Positions 1 to 9,350 of a stretch of 64,000 nt of DNA are shown one piece after another. Below the pieces are notes generated by a model. It saw only the letters and a program-made list of their open reading frames with translations. It made no database searches and was not told where the DNA came from. Position numbers and translations under genes: made by a program. Position 1 is the stretch's first letter; every line of letters starts with the position of its first letter. The stretch is from an uncultured cyanobacterium (GTDB taxonomy: Bacteria; Cyanobacteriota; Cyanobacteriia; PCC-9006; JAAUQQ01): positions 4,256,001 through 4,320,000 of the forward strand of contig OY970368.1 of the NCBI GenBank assembly GCA_963718615.1. The letters are read 5' to 3'.

Positions 1-163
1 TGATCCGATTGAGTGCAGTCTCGGCACTTTTGGTGCTGGTAAAAAGCTGAGCTTGGCCGCCAATACCGCCAATGCCGTCACCTTTGGGACTGTGGAGCAA
101 AATAAAAATAATGAGGCCAAGTGCGGCCCCCAACCAAACGGCTTCCAAAACGTTGTTGAGCAT
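1..163 (-). CDS. secG: Preprotein translocase subunit SecG (3' end outside window)
   Basis: Manual translation from ATG at 163: MLNNVLEAVWLGAALGLIIFILLHSPKGDGIGGIGGQAQLFTSTKSAETALNRI; LHSPKGDG motif; usual gpmI-secG order. Confidence 0.92.
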   Translation of the reverse strand, partial: MLNNVLEAVWLGAALGLIIFILLHSPKGDGIGGIGGQAQLFTSTKSAETALNRI

Positions 164-209
164 GACAAAAAACGTACAGACTTAGAAGACAATAACCAGC
201 TTACTGGAG

Positions 210-1820
210 TTAGAGCGAGAGGCGTACAGGGGTGCGGCTGGGCTTCAGCTCTACCTCGACCGGCAAAATCATCGATCGTCCCGTCATTTCAACGGGCTGG
301 GGCAGTTGCAAAATTTCCAAAATCGTCGGCGCAATATCTGCTAAGCGGCCATCTTCCCGCAGCCGCACATTAGTGCCATGACCCGGAATCTTGCGGCCTT
401 CCCCCTCTACCAAAATAAAGGGGACTAAATTGGAGGTGTGAGCGGTCCAGGGATTGCCATCCTCGTCGCGCATGTATTCGGCGTTGCCGTGGTCCGCTGT
501 GATAATGGCCGTACCGCCCACGGCGGCGATCGCCTGCAGCAAGCGCCCCAAACAGCGATCGACGACCTCAATGGCTTCGATCGCGGCCCCCATATTGCCT
601 GTATGCCCCACCATATCGGGGTTGGCATAGTTCATAACAATCAGCGCATACTCTTGACGATTGAGCGCCTCGATCACCGCCTGGGTGAGCCTGTCGGCTG
701 ACATGGCCGGGGCGCGATCGTAGGTCGCTACCTGGGGACTGGGAATGAGCTGTTGGTCTTGGCCCTTAAATTGCTTTTCGACCCCGCCATCAAAAAAGTA
801 GGTGACGTGGGGATATTTTTCGGTCTCCGCTGCTCTAAACTGCTTGAGTCCTTGCTTTGAGACTACTTCACCTAGGATGTTTTCATAGGTTTGCGGTGCA
901 AAGGCCACCTGGACGGGCAGGGTCTCGTCGTACTGCGTAAAGGTAACGAATCCTAAGGAGGGGATCAGCGTCCGTTCAAATCCCTTGAAATTGGGATCCA
1001 CAAAGGCCGCCGTTAGCTGCCTTGCCCGATCCGGTCTGAAATTAAAGAAAATGACGCCATCTCCCGGTTCTATCGCCCCCGGAGCCAAGCGCAGCGGCTG
1101 TACAAACTCATCAGTATGGCCTTCGTCATAGGCGGCTTGCAGGGCTTCCAGGGCTGACTGACCACACCCCGGACCCTCTTGAATCATCACTTCATAGGCC
1201 TTTTGGGTTCGATCCCAGCGGTGGTCTCGGTCCATGGCGTAGTAGCGGCCCGAAAGGGTCACCATGCGACCTATTCCCACTTTCTCGATATGGGTTTGGA
1301 TCGCGCGGAGAGCGTCAGCCGCTGCGGTTGGTTTGGTATCTCGACCATCGGTAATCACATGGAGACAAACATCCCCCATGCCTTCGGTTTTAGCCAGATC
1401 CATCAGGCCAAAGAGGTGGCTAAGATGGGAGTGGACGCCGCCATCAGAACACAAACCGACCAAATGCAATTTGCCATGGCGGGCGCGTACCGTTTGGCAG
1501 AGTTTCACCAGTTGAGGATTGTGGATCAGTGAACCATCTTCAACGGCATCTGAAATGCGCACTAATTCTTGAGAAACAATCCGGCCTGCACCAATGTTGA
1601 GGTGCCCCACTTCGGAATTGCCCATTTGGCCTTCGGGTAAGCCCACATCTTTGCCAGAAGCTCGAATTAAAGTATGCGGATAGGCTTGCCAAAGGCTATC
1701 CACAACAGGGCTATTTGCCTCTAAAATGGCGTTTCCATCTGAGTCTTCTCGATATCCCCAGCCATCCAAGATGATTAATACCACTGGGGAAATGGAAGAG
1801 GAAGAGGCAGGATTTGCCAT
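210..1820 (-). CDS. gpmI: 2,3-bisphosphoglycerate-independent phosphoglycerate mutase
   Basis: LIILDGWG, GQMGNSEVGH, SDGGVHSH, GRYYAMDRD, AETEKYPHVT, TADHGNAE motifs. Confidence 0.97.
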   Translation of the reverse strand: MANPASSSSISPVVLIILDGWGYREDSDGNAILEANSPVVDSLWQAYPHTLIRASGKDVGLPEGQMGNSEVGHLNIGAGRIVSQELVRISDAVEDGSLIHNPQLVKLCQTVRARHGKLHLVGLCSDGGVHSHLSHLFGLMDLAKTEGMGDVCLHVITDGRDTKPTAAADALRAIQTHIEKVGIGRMVTLSGRYYAMDRDHRWDRTQKAYEVMIQEGPGCGQSALEALQAAYDEGHTDEFVQPLRLAPGAIEPGDGVIFFNFRPDRARQLTAAFVDPNFKGFERTLIPSLGFVTFTQYDETLPVQVAFAPQTYENILGEVVSKQGLKQFRAAETEKYPHVTYFFDGGVEKQFKGQDQQLIPSPQVATYDRAPAMSADRLTQAVIEALNRQEYALIVMNYANPDMVGHTGNMGAAIEAIEVVDRCLGRLLQAIAAVGGTAIITADHGNAEYMRDEDGNPWTAHTSNLVPFILVEGEGRKIPGHGTNVRLREDGRLADIAPTILEILQLPQPVEMTGRSMILPVEVELKPSRTPVRLSL

Positions 1821-2051
1821 AGGTCTACAGTCTCTCTTCTATCTGCGACTTCAAAACGTAACAATGACACGTTTTACTGGGGCGATCATATCACTGCTTT
1901 TTCGGAAATCGGGCCTGGAAGGGGATAGCCTTGACGGGATCACAAGTTTTTTGATTGATGCTTAATGAAAGAGATAATTTCTTCAAATAGAAATTAAGAA
2001 ATTCCCCGGAGGCGATCGCCTAACTTCCCAGCTAATCCTCAAGGCTAAGCC

Positions 2052-2321
2052 TCAAAAGGCTTGAATCCATTCTCGAATTTCATACTGGGTCCAAATGCCA
2101 TTTTTCCAGTAGGGATCATTCTCAACCAACTGACGAACCGTCGCTTCATCGGGGGCTTCGTAGATACCAAAAACCATGGTGGTGTCTTGGGTTGGCCCCA
2201 GGGTGATCAATGTGCCAGCCGCTTTTTGTTGGGCGAGGCCATCAAGATGAGCTTGGCGAAAGGGAGCGCGTTTTTCGAGGACATTCTCGCAATAACTGCC
2301 CCACATGACGTATTTAGGCAT
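2052..2321 (-). CDS. YciI family protein
   Basis: 89 aa; R.PFRQAHL..L, GP, DPYWKNGIW; common cyanobacterial neighbour of trpA. Confidence 0.85.
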   Translation of the reverse strand: MPKYVMWGSYCENVLEKRAPFRQAHLDGLAQQKAAGTLITLGPTQDTTMVFGIYEAPDEATVRQLVENDPYWKNGIWTQYEIREWIQAF

Positions 2322-2324
2322 GGC

Positions 2325-3143
2325 TCAACAAGGGCTCCTGAGACTAGGGCTTGAGACGGCAGCTTTGAGCTGTTGGCAAAATTGCTCCACTTCGGCGACG
2401 GGATCCGCCGCTTCTGATTCTCCGAGACGTTTGACAAAGGCACTCCCTACGATAACCGCATCAGCTCCCCAGGCTTGCATCTGCCGAGCCTGCTCTGGCC
2501 CGGAGATGCCGAACCCTACACCAATGGGTTTATCGGTGATCTGGCGAAGCTGGGCGAGCAATGCCTGGACGCGATCCTGGACGGCGGTGCGCATGCCTGT
2601 GACACCCGTAACGCTGACGAGATAAATAAAGCCTTGGGACTGACGGGCGATCGCCTCAATCCGCTCCGCCGAACTCGTAGGGGCCACCAATAAAATCAAA
2701 TCTATTCCCCGCTGGGCCGTGGCCTGCAAGAGCCGATCTGCTTCTTCGAGAGGTAAATCGGGGACGACCAACCCTTGAACGCCGACCGCCGCCACCGCAT
2801 CAAGGAAGGCATCAATGCCCCGGTTCAAGATGGGGTTGTAGTAGGTAAACAAAACAATCGGAGCCTGAAGCTTGGGGGTGAGCCGTTCCAGCATGGCCAA
2901 AACATCATCGAGGCGGGTTCCTTGGCTCAGGGCACGGGTTGCAGCCGCCTGGATCACCGGACCATCCGCGAGGGGATCCGAATAGGGAACCCCGAGTTCA
3001 ATAATGTCTGCCCCATTGCTATCCAGCGCCAGCAGCGCCTGCTCCGTGGTGGCGAGGTCCGGATCCCCGGCGGTGATAAATGGGATTAGAGCACATTGAT
3101 GGTGCGATCGCAGGGCTGCAAAGCGCTCAGCAATTACGGTCAT
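2325..3143 (-). CDS. trpA: Tryptophan synthase alpha chain
   Basis: [46 protein letters not shown]. Confidence 0.97.
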   Translation of the reverse strand: MTVIAERFAALRSHHQCALIPFITAGDPDLATTEQALLALDSNGADIIELGVPYSDPLADGPVIQAAATRALSQGTRLDDVLAMLERLTPKLQAPIVLFTYYNPILNRGIDAFLDAVAAVGVQGLVVPDLPLEEADRLLQATAQRGIDLILLVAPTSSAERIEAIARQSQGFIYLVSVTGVTGMRTAVQDRVQALLAQLRQITDKPIGVGFGISGPEQARQMQAWGADAVIVGSAFVKRLGESEAADPVAEVEQFCQQLKAAVSSPSLRSPC

Positions 3144-3224
3144 GAAGATTCTCGACAGACAATTCTTGACAGATAGTTTTTGACAGTCAGCAGTTCAGAC
3201 AGCCCTCATCTTATCGGAGTATGG

Positions 3225-3569
3225 TTAGGATTCTTCAGGCTGTGATGCTGGCGGCTGTGATGCTTGCCGCTGCCGCTCCGCCTCCACCTCGACTTCAAGC
3301 TGAGCCAATTCCTCCGGCGACATTTCCGCCAAGCGCTTTTGGAAAACCGCGTCTTCGTAATCCTGGAGCTGCTGGTTATAGGTCATGGTTTTGGTCAACG
3401 CCCGAGCCAGATAGGTCGCTAACCAGACCAAAACGACTCCAACAAGCAGTGCTTGACTCCAGATCCCGGCGTTGATCTGATCCAGCCCTACCCTCAAAAA
3501 TACCCCATAGACTAGCGCCCCCAGACCCAACAGGCCCAGGCCAATCGACAACACATCAAGTCTGCGCAT
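3225..3569 (-). CDS. DUF3007 family membrane protein
   Basis: MRRLDVL start, two TM segments, MTYNQQLQDYEDAVFQKRL; ndhL-DUF3007-trpA order. Confidence 0.8.
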   Translation of the reverse strand: MRRLDVLSIGLGLLGLGALVYGVFLRVGLDQINAGIWSQALLVGVVLVWLATYLARALTKTMTYNQQLQDYEDAVFQKRLAEMSPEELAQLEVEVEAERQRQASQPPASQPEES

Positions 3570-3622
3570 GCTGGCTTCCCGTAACACCCATAATACTCGT
3601 GACAATGGATCCGTTGAGCGGA

Positions 3623-3835
3623 CTATTCTTCAATGGTCCGAGGCTGGGGCCGCAGATTCAAAAAAGGGCTCAGGAGCAAAAGACCCGGAAAAAACAAAAA
3701 GACGAAAAAGTACATGATCAACCGCTCGATGGAGCCTGCCACATACCAGCGTTTTTGCAAATAGACATAGATCCCTGCTGGAACAACGAGCAGAAACGCC
3801 CCCGCGAGGGCGAGATACAACAGTGCAACAACCAT
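3623..3835 (-). CDS. ndhL: NAD(P)H-quinone oxidoreductase subunit L
   Basis: [42 protein letters not shown]. Confidence 0.93.
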   Translation of the reverse strand: MVVALLYLALAGAFLLVVPAGIYVYLQKRWYVAGSIERLIMYFFVFLFFPGLLLLSPFLNLRPQPRTIEE

Positions 3836-3913
3836 AGATTCTATTGGGAGGTTTAATCGGGACTCTAGCAGCCTTAGGAGGATTATGGTCTATCCTGCTG
3901 GTCTTTATCTTAC

Positions 3914-4359
3914 CGAAAATCACCGTAAAGCCCCTGGCTTCAGACATGGGGATATAAGGCGAGCGACCAAAGGGAGCAACTGGATGATGACGCTGCTGCG
4001 AGAATATTTTGACATGGTACTCTTGCATTAGTGGCGGGTAACCAACCACTTTAAAAACCCAATCGCCTCACGGCTGATGCTGCACCTTGACAAGTGAATC
4101 TATCGGGTTCTACTGCATAGTTCTAGTTCTTTCCCTCGCAGTGGGTAAAAGATTCAGAGGAGCTAGACGACCAGTATTTGGAACAGCGATTTGCTTGTTT
4201 CATCTGAAAAAAGGACTCGCACAAGCGCGAATAGGGTAGGGCATACCCGAATTAACGCTCCTGGAGAGTCCCACCTCTAGGTGGAGCACTGCAAGGTCCT
4301 TCATCTAAGTGGTCTCGCTGAAAGGAGAATCCCCTTGCTTTAGCTATGGGGAGTGTCAA
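3914..4359 (+). mobile_element. Non-autonomous (ORF-less) IS200/IS605-family mini-element
   Basis: TTAC (3910-3913), then LE with AAAG + CCCCTG..CATGGGG hairpin; RE GAAT-CCCC..GGGG-AGTG-TCAA ending 4359 (IS608-type guide/cleavage tetramers); LE is homologous to that at 49150-49216. Confidence 0.8.
4232..4359 (+). ncRNA. TnpB omega-RNA scaffold region (remnant of tnpB 3' end)
   Basis: GGGTAGGGCATACCC hairpin, AACGCTCCTGGAGAG, then RE hairpin ending TCAA; similar to 44678-44830 on the minus strand. Confidence 0.65.
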
Positions 4360-4463
4360 TGAATCCCCTGCCCCAAAACCGTTTCTCTCTTGCAGAAAAT
4401 CCCCCTTCCGTGGTGGAATAAACAGATGTAAGAGCAGTTACACCGGATCACCGGGACTGTTTC

Positions 4464-4827
4464 GGGGGCGTGGCGGAATGGTAGACGCTGCGGACTTAGA
4501 CAAACTGAGCCTCAGGGGAGAAATCCCGTGAGTGGAAGCTCTCAAACTCAGGGAAACCTAAATTCAATCCACTGAACTCCATTGGATTGGACATGGCAAT
4601 CCTGAGCCAAGCCGAAGTAAGCTGCCTGTCGCATTTACTTCGGAAGGTGCAGAGGCCCGACGGGAGCTACCCTAACGGCGATCGCGATCGCGACCGGTCC
4701 GAGGGTAAAGGGAGGGTCCAATTCTCAAAGCCTAGGAATTTTAGTTTCGAGGCAACGGTGAAAGCCGTGGGAGGATGAAAATCCGCTGACCTAAACAGTC
4801 GTGAGGGTTCAAGTCCCTCCGCCCCCA
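4464..4827 (+). tRNA. trnL: tRNA-Leu(UAA), intron-containing (exons 4464-4497 and 4778-4827)
   Basis: Acceptor stem GGGGGCG/CGCCCCC, anticodon stem GCGGA/TCCGC, spliced loop CT-TAA-AA, T-loop GGTTCAAGTCC. Confidence 0.95.
4498..4777 (+). ncRNA. Group I self-splicing intron in tRNA-Leu(UAA)
   Basis: CTCAAACTCAGGGAAACCTAAA, GGCAATCCTGAGCCAAGC, GTGCAGAGGCCCGACGGGAG, AGGGAGGGTCCA core elements; follows the anticodon U and ends in G. Confidence 0.93.
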
Positions 4828-5162
4828 TCTATCTCTATCGCCTCATTTGTGTCTGTCTTTGTAACTTTGCCTTCCCCGAATTGGGGGTGTAGGTTGCAAA
4901 TAACACGGATGCGCAGATGCGGGAAAGGCGGAAAAATATGTGGTTTATAGCCTAGGTCTCATTGCAAAGCCCTGCTAGAATAAGGCTCCAAAGCGGTCAT
5001 CTAGCACCTCGTCCCCCAAAGGCAAGGTTCCCTCTGTTCCGTTTTTTGTGTGTTGCGGGTTACTTAAACGCCGTGGCCGCTCTATCCGACTAAACCGATC
5101 GCCCGTTCTTAATCTTCGTCCGTAAGATGAATGGTTCGATATAGCGTGATTTCGAGCACATC

Positions 5163-6722
5163 ATGAAGGGAGACCAGCCCGGATCGCAGCAGCAGGGTGC
5201 GGAGGATAGAAGCCTGCTTTATTCCCGGAGCCAAGAACTCTCAATGGCTCAGGATGTACTCTATGGATTTTTGCTTGACTTTGTTAAAACGGCTTCGCCT
5301 GACGAAGTGTTGGACCAATTTCGACAAATTTTTATTCATCAAGTTGAAGTTCGTAATCAGCAAGTTCTTCAGGCAATTTACGAAATTGTGCTGACGAACG
5401 ATCGCCAGTCTTTTTTCTATACCCTCAAACGCTGCTGTTTTATTCTGATTAATAATTGGGGCTCTCGTCGGGTCTATGAACCGATTCAACAGCTCATCGA
5501 AAATATTAACGATAGCGCGATTTATCAGTTTACCTATTCTCGCAATCTCAAAAAGCTCAGAAGTTGGCTAGTCGCATTTGTTAAAAGTAAGGATTATGAA
5601 GAGCTTAAGGTTTTTGCTGAGCGTTATGGGGATGCAAAAGGCCGCTGGAGTCATCGCTATACGTCCTATCTTTTAGTTCCCCAATATTCGGATCAGCGTA
5701 ATCCCATCGAGCAACGTCGAGCGGCCCAGGAACTGGCTAAACAGTTGCGCGATCGCTTCCGATTTGATCTCGCCATGTATGTGGCCCATTCTCAGGTTAA
5801 CCCTCGAACTGCGAGCGTTGGATCTCAGGAAGCCCAGCGTAGTCCGGCTAAGAACCCTACGCATTTGGGCGATAATGTCCTGCGACTGATCAAAATGATC
5901 GTTTTGCGCCGTGGGAAATATAGCTATGAGAATCTAGCTCGACTTTTTGTGGCTCAAACCTCCGAAGTTTCCTACAAAAAATATAAGAATGCGCTGCTCA
6001 AATATCTGGTTTTTTCGGTTGATAATCAGGGATTTGTGCAGATTTTTATGCAGCGATTGTCGGAGAAATTGGAAGCCCTCTATGACGATCGCGATCGCCA
6101 AAGGGCAGACGAAGAACTGACGTTTTATACCTGCAATCGTGTCATTGAGTTTTTAACAACAGAAGACGAAGAAACGCCTACGCCTTTATTTAATTTACTG
6201 ATTTCTCAAGGGGGACCCTTAACGTTAGTGGTGGTGCTGTTGAAACTGGTTTTGATCGCGCCTAAAACCCGCAATCGATTGGAATATTGCATCGCTAAAC
6301 TTATTCACCATTATGAAGGATTTTCCTCTGAGGAATGTCATTGGTTTATCAACTTTTTAGAGGTGTTTAGCGTGACGTTTGCCATCTATGTCGAAGATGT
6401 GCAGTACGATCTGGTTCGCATTTCCAGCGATGGACAAACGGTTTCTCGCAAGCAGCCTCGCACAAAGTCTCAAGATTTAGAAAAGATCCTGGATGATTAC
6501 CGGATTTTTTCGCAGCATCGCTCACCGCTGCGCCCTACAGCCCTTGAACAAACCGCCGAGAAGGCCCAAGAGATTCAATCTAATCTGAATCGTTTAGCCC
6601 AGAAATCCGGTTCGAATGCTGCGGCTAAGTCTCCCCTGCCTGGACAGCCGCTCCAGCACCCAGATCCGCCGAAGCCCTCCCCTGCGGATCACGAAGATGA
6701 CGATGGCTATCTACGACCCTAA
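5163..6722 (+). CDS. Hypothetical protein (helical; resembles a conserved cyanobacterial family)
   Basis: 519-aa ORF; TLKRCCFILINNW, RYTSYLLVPQY, NPTHLGD; start may be 5244. Confidence 0.8.
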   Translation: MKGDQPGSQQQGAEDRSLLYSRSQELSMAQDVLYGFLLDFVKTASPDEVLDQFRQIFIHQVEVRNQQVLQAIYEIVLTNDRQSFFYTLKRCCFILINNWGSRRVYEPIQQLIENINDSAIYQFTYSRNLKKLRSWLVAFVKSKDYEELKVFAERYGDAKGRWSHRYTSYLLVPQYSDQRNPIEQRRAAQELAKQLRDRFRFDLAMYVAHSQVNPRTASVGSQEAQRSPAKNPTHLGDNVLRLIKMIVLRRGKYSYENLARLFVAQTSEVSYKKYKNALLKYLVFSVDNQGFVQIFMQRLSEKLEALYDDRDRQRADEELTFYTCNRVIEFLTTEDEETPTPLFNLLISQGGPLTLVVVLLKLVLIAPKTRNRLEYCIAKLIHHYEGFSSEECHWFINFLEVFSVTFAIYVEDVQYDLVRISSDGQTVSRKQPRTKSQDLEKILDDYRIFSQHRSPLRPTALEQTAEKAQEIQSNLNRLAQKSGSNAAAKSPLPGQPLQHPDPPKPSPADHEDDDGYLRP

Positions 6723-7708
6723 GGACGGGCGGCGATCGCCCCTAATCCTTCTGCGAAAGTGCTGATCAAGCGATAACAGGCTACGGCTCCAAGGATGATG
6801 GCCGGGGGAAGTTGACCCTGGAGGAGGGCGATCGCCGTCGCTTCAAAGACGCCGATACCGCCGGGGGCTCCTGGAACCACTAGTCCTAAAACCCAAGCGA
6901 GGCTAAATGCGCTGAGAATCGCAGGAATTTGCGCGATGGTCGGGATCGTCAACGCCATCAGCGCCAGTAAAAAGCCCAAGGCCCGCAGCCCCACAAACCC
7001 CACTTCTCCAAGCAAGGGTTTGAGCGGATAACGGGCAAGTTGAACCGTTGTCTCAGAAGACGGATTGGGGGACAAGCTTGGGGACAAGTTGGAGGACAAG
7101 TTTGCGGATGTACGCCGACTGAGAGCCTTGAGTTTGCCTTGGGCAAGGCGCTTGAGCAGGGGATTGAGCCAGCGGGGATGAATGGCCATGAGTAATGCCC
7201 CCAATCCCACATATTGCAGCGGTGAGAAAAAATAGCTGACGCTGGCCAGAAGTAACGCCGCCGCCGCCATGAGTAGGGGTTCTAGGACAATACTCAACAG
7301 CGCCGCTGCCGAGGGAATACCGCGCTGGCGGGACGCCTGGAGCCGTCCGTAGAAATGCCAAATATTGCCGGGTAAGTATTTGGCGATGTTGGTGCGGAGA
7401 TAGGTGGCGATCGCCCACCGCGCCGTCTGCGGATGGCCGCAATCCCGCAAGAGCCAGCCCCACACCCAACCCGACCACCCTTGGGCAATCAGGGTCACCA
7501 ACATGGCCGCCCCCAGTAACTGCACTCCAGTGGGCGTTAGCCGCAGTGCCAAAACCTCTTGCCAATGGTCTTTCAGGGTTTTGCTCAAGAAAAACAGCGT
7601 CAGGCCCAGAATCACCCATCGCAAATAGGGTTTAAGCGGTTTGAGCGGTTTGAGCCACGCGGGAGCGTTGGCGGTTTCCACCGGCGGAAGTGGGTTAGAG
7701 TCAGTCAT
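6719..7708 (-). CDS. Lysylphosphatidylglycerol synthase TM-domain (UPF0104/flippase-like) protein
   Basis: TNIAKYLPGNIW, PGAPGGIGVFEA, multiple TM segments. Confidence 0.8.
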   Translation of the reverse strand: MTDSNPLPPVETANAPAWLKPLKPLKPYLRWVILGLTLFFLSKTLKDHWQEVLALRLTPTGVQLLGAAMLVTLIAQGWSGWVWGWLLRDCGHPQTARWAIATYLRTNIAKYLPGNIWHFYGRLQASRQRGIPSAAALLSIVLEPLLMAAAALLLASVSYFFSPLQYVGLGALLMAIHPRWLNPLLKRLAQGKLKALSRRTSANLSSNLSPSLSPNPSSETTVQLARYPLKPLLGEVGFVGLRALGFLLALMALTIPTIAQIPAILSAFSLAWVLGLVVPGAPGGIGVFEATAIALLQGQLPPAIILGAVACYRLISTFAEGLGAIAARP

Positions 7709-9053
7709 CGCAGTTAGGCAAGCGCTGCTGGTACCAAGCCTGCAAGGCTAGCCGATGCAATTCTTGCCAAGGACGCTGATGCTCATGGGCCAGCCGAGCA
7801 CAGTCTTCGTATTCAGGGTGGACATTGAGGGGCTGGGTTGGATCCGCAGCCCAAGCTACCTTAACGCGAATGGGGCCATAGGGCGTCGAGACTGTGGTGT
7901 GGGACCGTGCCAAAAGAAACCGCTCCTGCTGCCGATAGCGAATGCCCAACGTCGTCGTCTCTCGAAACAAAATTTCGGTACAGCGCTCAACCTGCTCCGC
8001 CCGACACAAGACCGTCAGTAGCGTTCCTGGACGGTTTTTTTTCATGGCGATCGCCCCCGTAAACACATCCAAGGCCCCCGCCGCGAGCAGCAGCTCAAAT
8101 ACGTAGCCGATCGCCTGGGGGGAGAGATCATCGAGCTGGGTTTCTAGGAGGGTGAGGGTTTCGGTTTTGGGGGTGAGGGGGTGAGGGAGTAAGGGGGTGA
8201 TGGGGTGATGGGGGGGAGGGGTTTGGGTGAGGGGTAAGGGGTTTCCTGACTGTTCGCCGATCCAGATTCGCAGGATATTGGGAATGGGTAAGGTAATGCT
8301 GCCTGCGCCGAGGCCGATTTTTTGCAATTGCATGGAGGGGGGGGGGCCGAAGCGATCGGCGGCAAGGACGGTGGCGATCGCGGCCCCGGTTGGTGTCACC
8401 AGTTCCCGTGCCATGGCGGGGTCTGCATGTCCGTAGATCGGGACCTGCCCCAGCTCAAACAGCTTCAGTACCGCTGGAGCCGGTACCGGTAACCGTCCAT
8501 GGGCCGCCCGCACGGTTCCTCCGCCGGTGGGCAGCGCTGAGCAAAAAACCTGGTCGATGCCCAACCAATCTAGGCCGAGACAGGTGCCGACAATGTCGGC
8601 GATCGCATCCGTAGCGCCCACCTCATGGAAATGGACCTGATTAATCTCGGTGCCATGGACCGCTGCCTCGGCGACCGCCAACCGCTGAAAAATTTCCAAA
8701 CTCCAAGTCTCAACCCGTTCGGGCAGATGGGCGTTTTGAATTAACTGGGTGATTTCGGGCAGATGGCGATGGGGGGAATGGGACTGTTCGCCATTGGATA
8801 GCGATGGCGTTTGCACTGGCGTTTGCACTGGCGTTTGCACTGGCGTTTGTAAGTGCACATCCACCTGGGTTGCCGCTTGGCCATTCCGTTGGACCGAGGT
8901 CGCAATTAATTCGTATTCCTGTTTTATCCCGAGCAAGTCCAACTGTTCTTGGATATAGCCCAAAGGAACCCCCAAATTGACCAAGGCTCCCAAACACATA
9001 TCCCCCGCAATCCCGGTTGGGCAGTCAAGGTAGGCAATCTTCGTCACAGACAA
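7701..9053 (-). CDS. larC: Nickel-pincer cofactor nickel insertase LarC
   Basis: YLDCPTGIAGDMCLGAL, VHFHEVGA, AHGRLPVPAPA, MKKNRPG, ETTTLGIR, PEYEDC. Confidence 0.92.
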   Translation of the reverse strand: MSVTKIAYLDCPTGIAGDMCLGALVNLGVPLGYIQEQLDLLGIKQEYELIATSVQRNGQAATQVDVHLQTPVQTPVQTPVQTPSLSNGEQSHSPHRHLPEITQLIQNAHLPERVETWSLEIFQRLAVAEAAVHGTEINQVHFHEVGATDAIADIVGTCLGLDWLGIDQVFCSALPTGGGTVRAAHGRLPVPAPAVLKLFELGQVPIYGHADPAMARELVTPTGAAIATVLAADRFGPPPSMQLQKIGLGAGSITLPIPNILRIWIGEQSGNPLPLTQTPPPHHPITPLLPHPLTPKTETLTLLETQLDDLSPQAIGYVFELLLAAGALDVFTGAIAMKKNRPGTLLTVLCRAEQVERCTEILFRETTTLGIRYRQQERFLLARSHTTVSTPYGPIRVKVAWAADPTQPLNVHPEYEDCARLAHEHQRPWQELHRLALQAWYQQRLPNCDD

Positions 9054-9090
9054 GGCTCACAGATAATGGGCAGATCGAGTAATTTCTTCC

Positions 9091-9181
9091 ATACTAGGAC
9101 TCAATACTGGGACTCAAAGCTAGGACTCAATACTTGGACTCAATACTTGGACCCAATGCTGGGACCCAATGCTGGGACTCA
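9091..9181. repeat. Tandem array of ~7 imperfect 13-bp units (GGACYCAAWRCTN)
   Basis: Units start at 9097, 9110, 9123, 9136, 9149, 9162, 9175; no spacers. Confidence 0.9.
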
Positions 9182-9321
9182 GGTGAAGTCTCGCAAGCTG
9201 CGTTTCCGTTATTCCGGAGGTCCGTTGACGAAGCCTACCAGTTTCTAGACTGTCCCGGCTTACGTGCATTCTCGGAGTCGGTCGTTCACCTGAGCCGCTA
9301 GTCTAATAAAGTCAGGTTTAT

Positions 9322-9350
9322 CCCCAAAGGCTATTGCTTTGGGGGTTTTT
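9322..9350 (+). terminator. Intrinsic terminator-like hairpin upstream of the hetZ-like gene
   Basis: CCCCAAAG/CTTTGGGG stem followed by GTTTTT. Confidence 0.5.

Noticed and set aside
3630-4049. 139-aa minus-strand ORF
   Set aside because: Overlaps ndhL out of frame and reads through the IS left-end hairpin; the YIP..EARG text recurs in the 49150 ORF for the same reason.
4587-4778. Homing endonuclease ORF in the group I intron
   Set aside because: 63 aa with no nuclease motif; it overlaps the conserved ribozyme core.
9091-9181. Possible CRISPR array
   Set aside because: Units are 13 bp and contiguous with no spacers, and there are no cas genes in the window.
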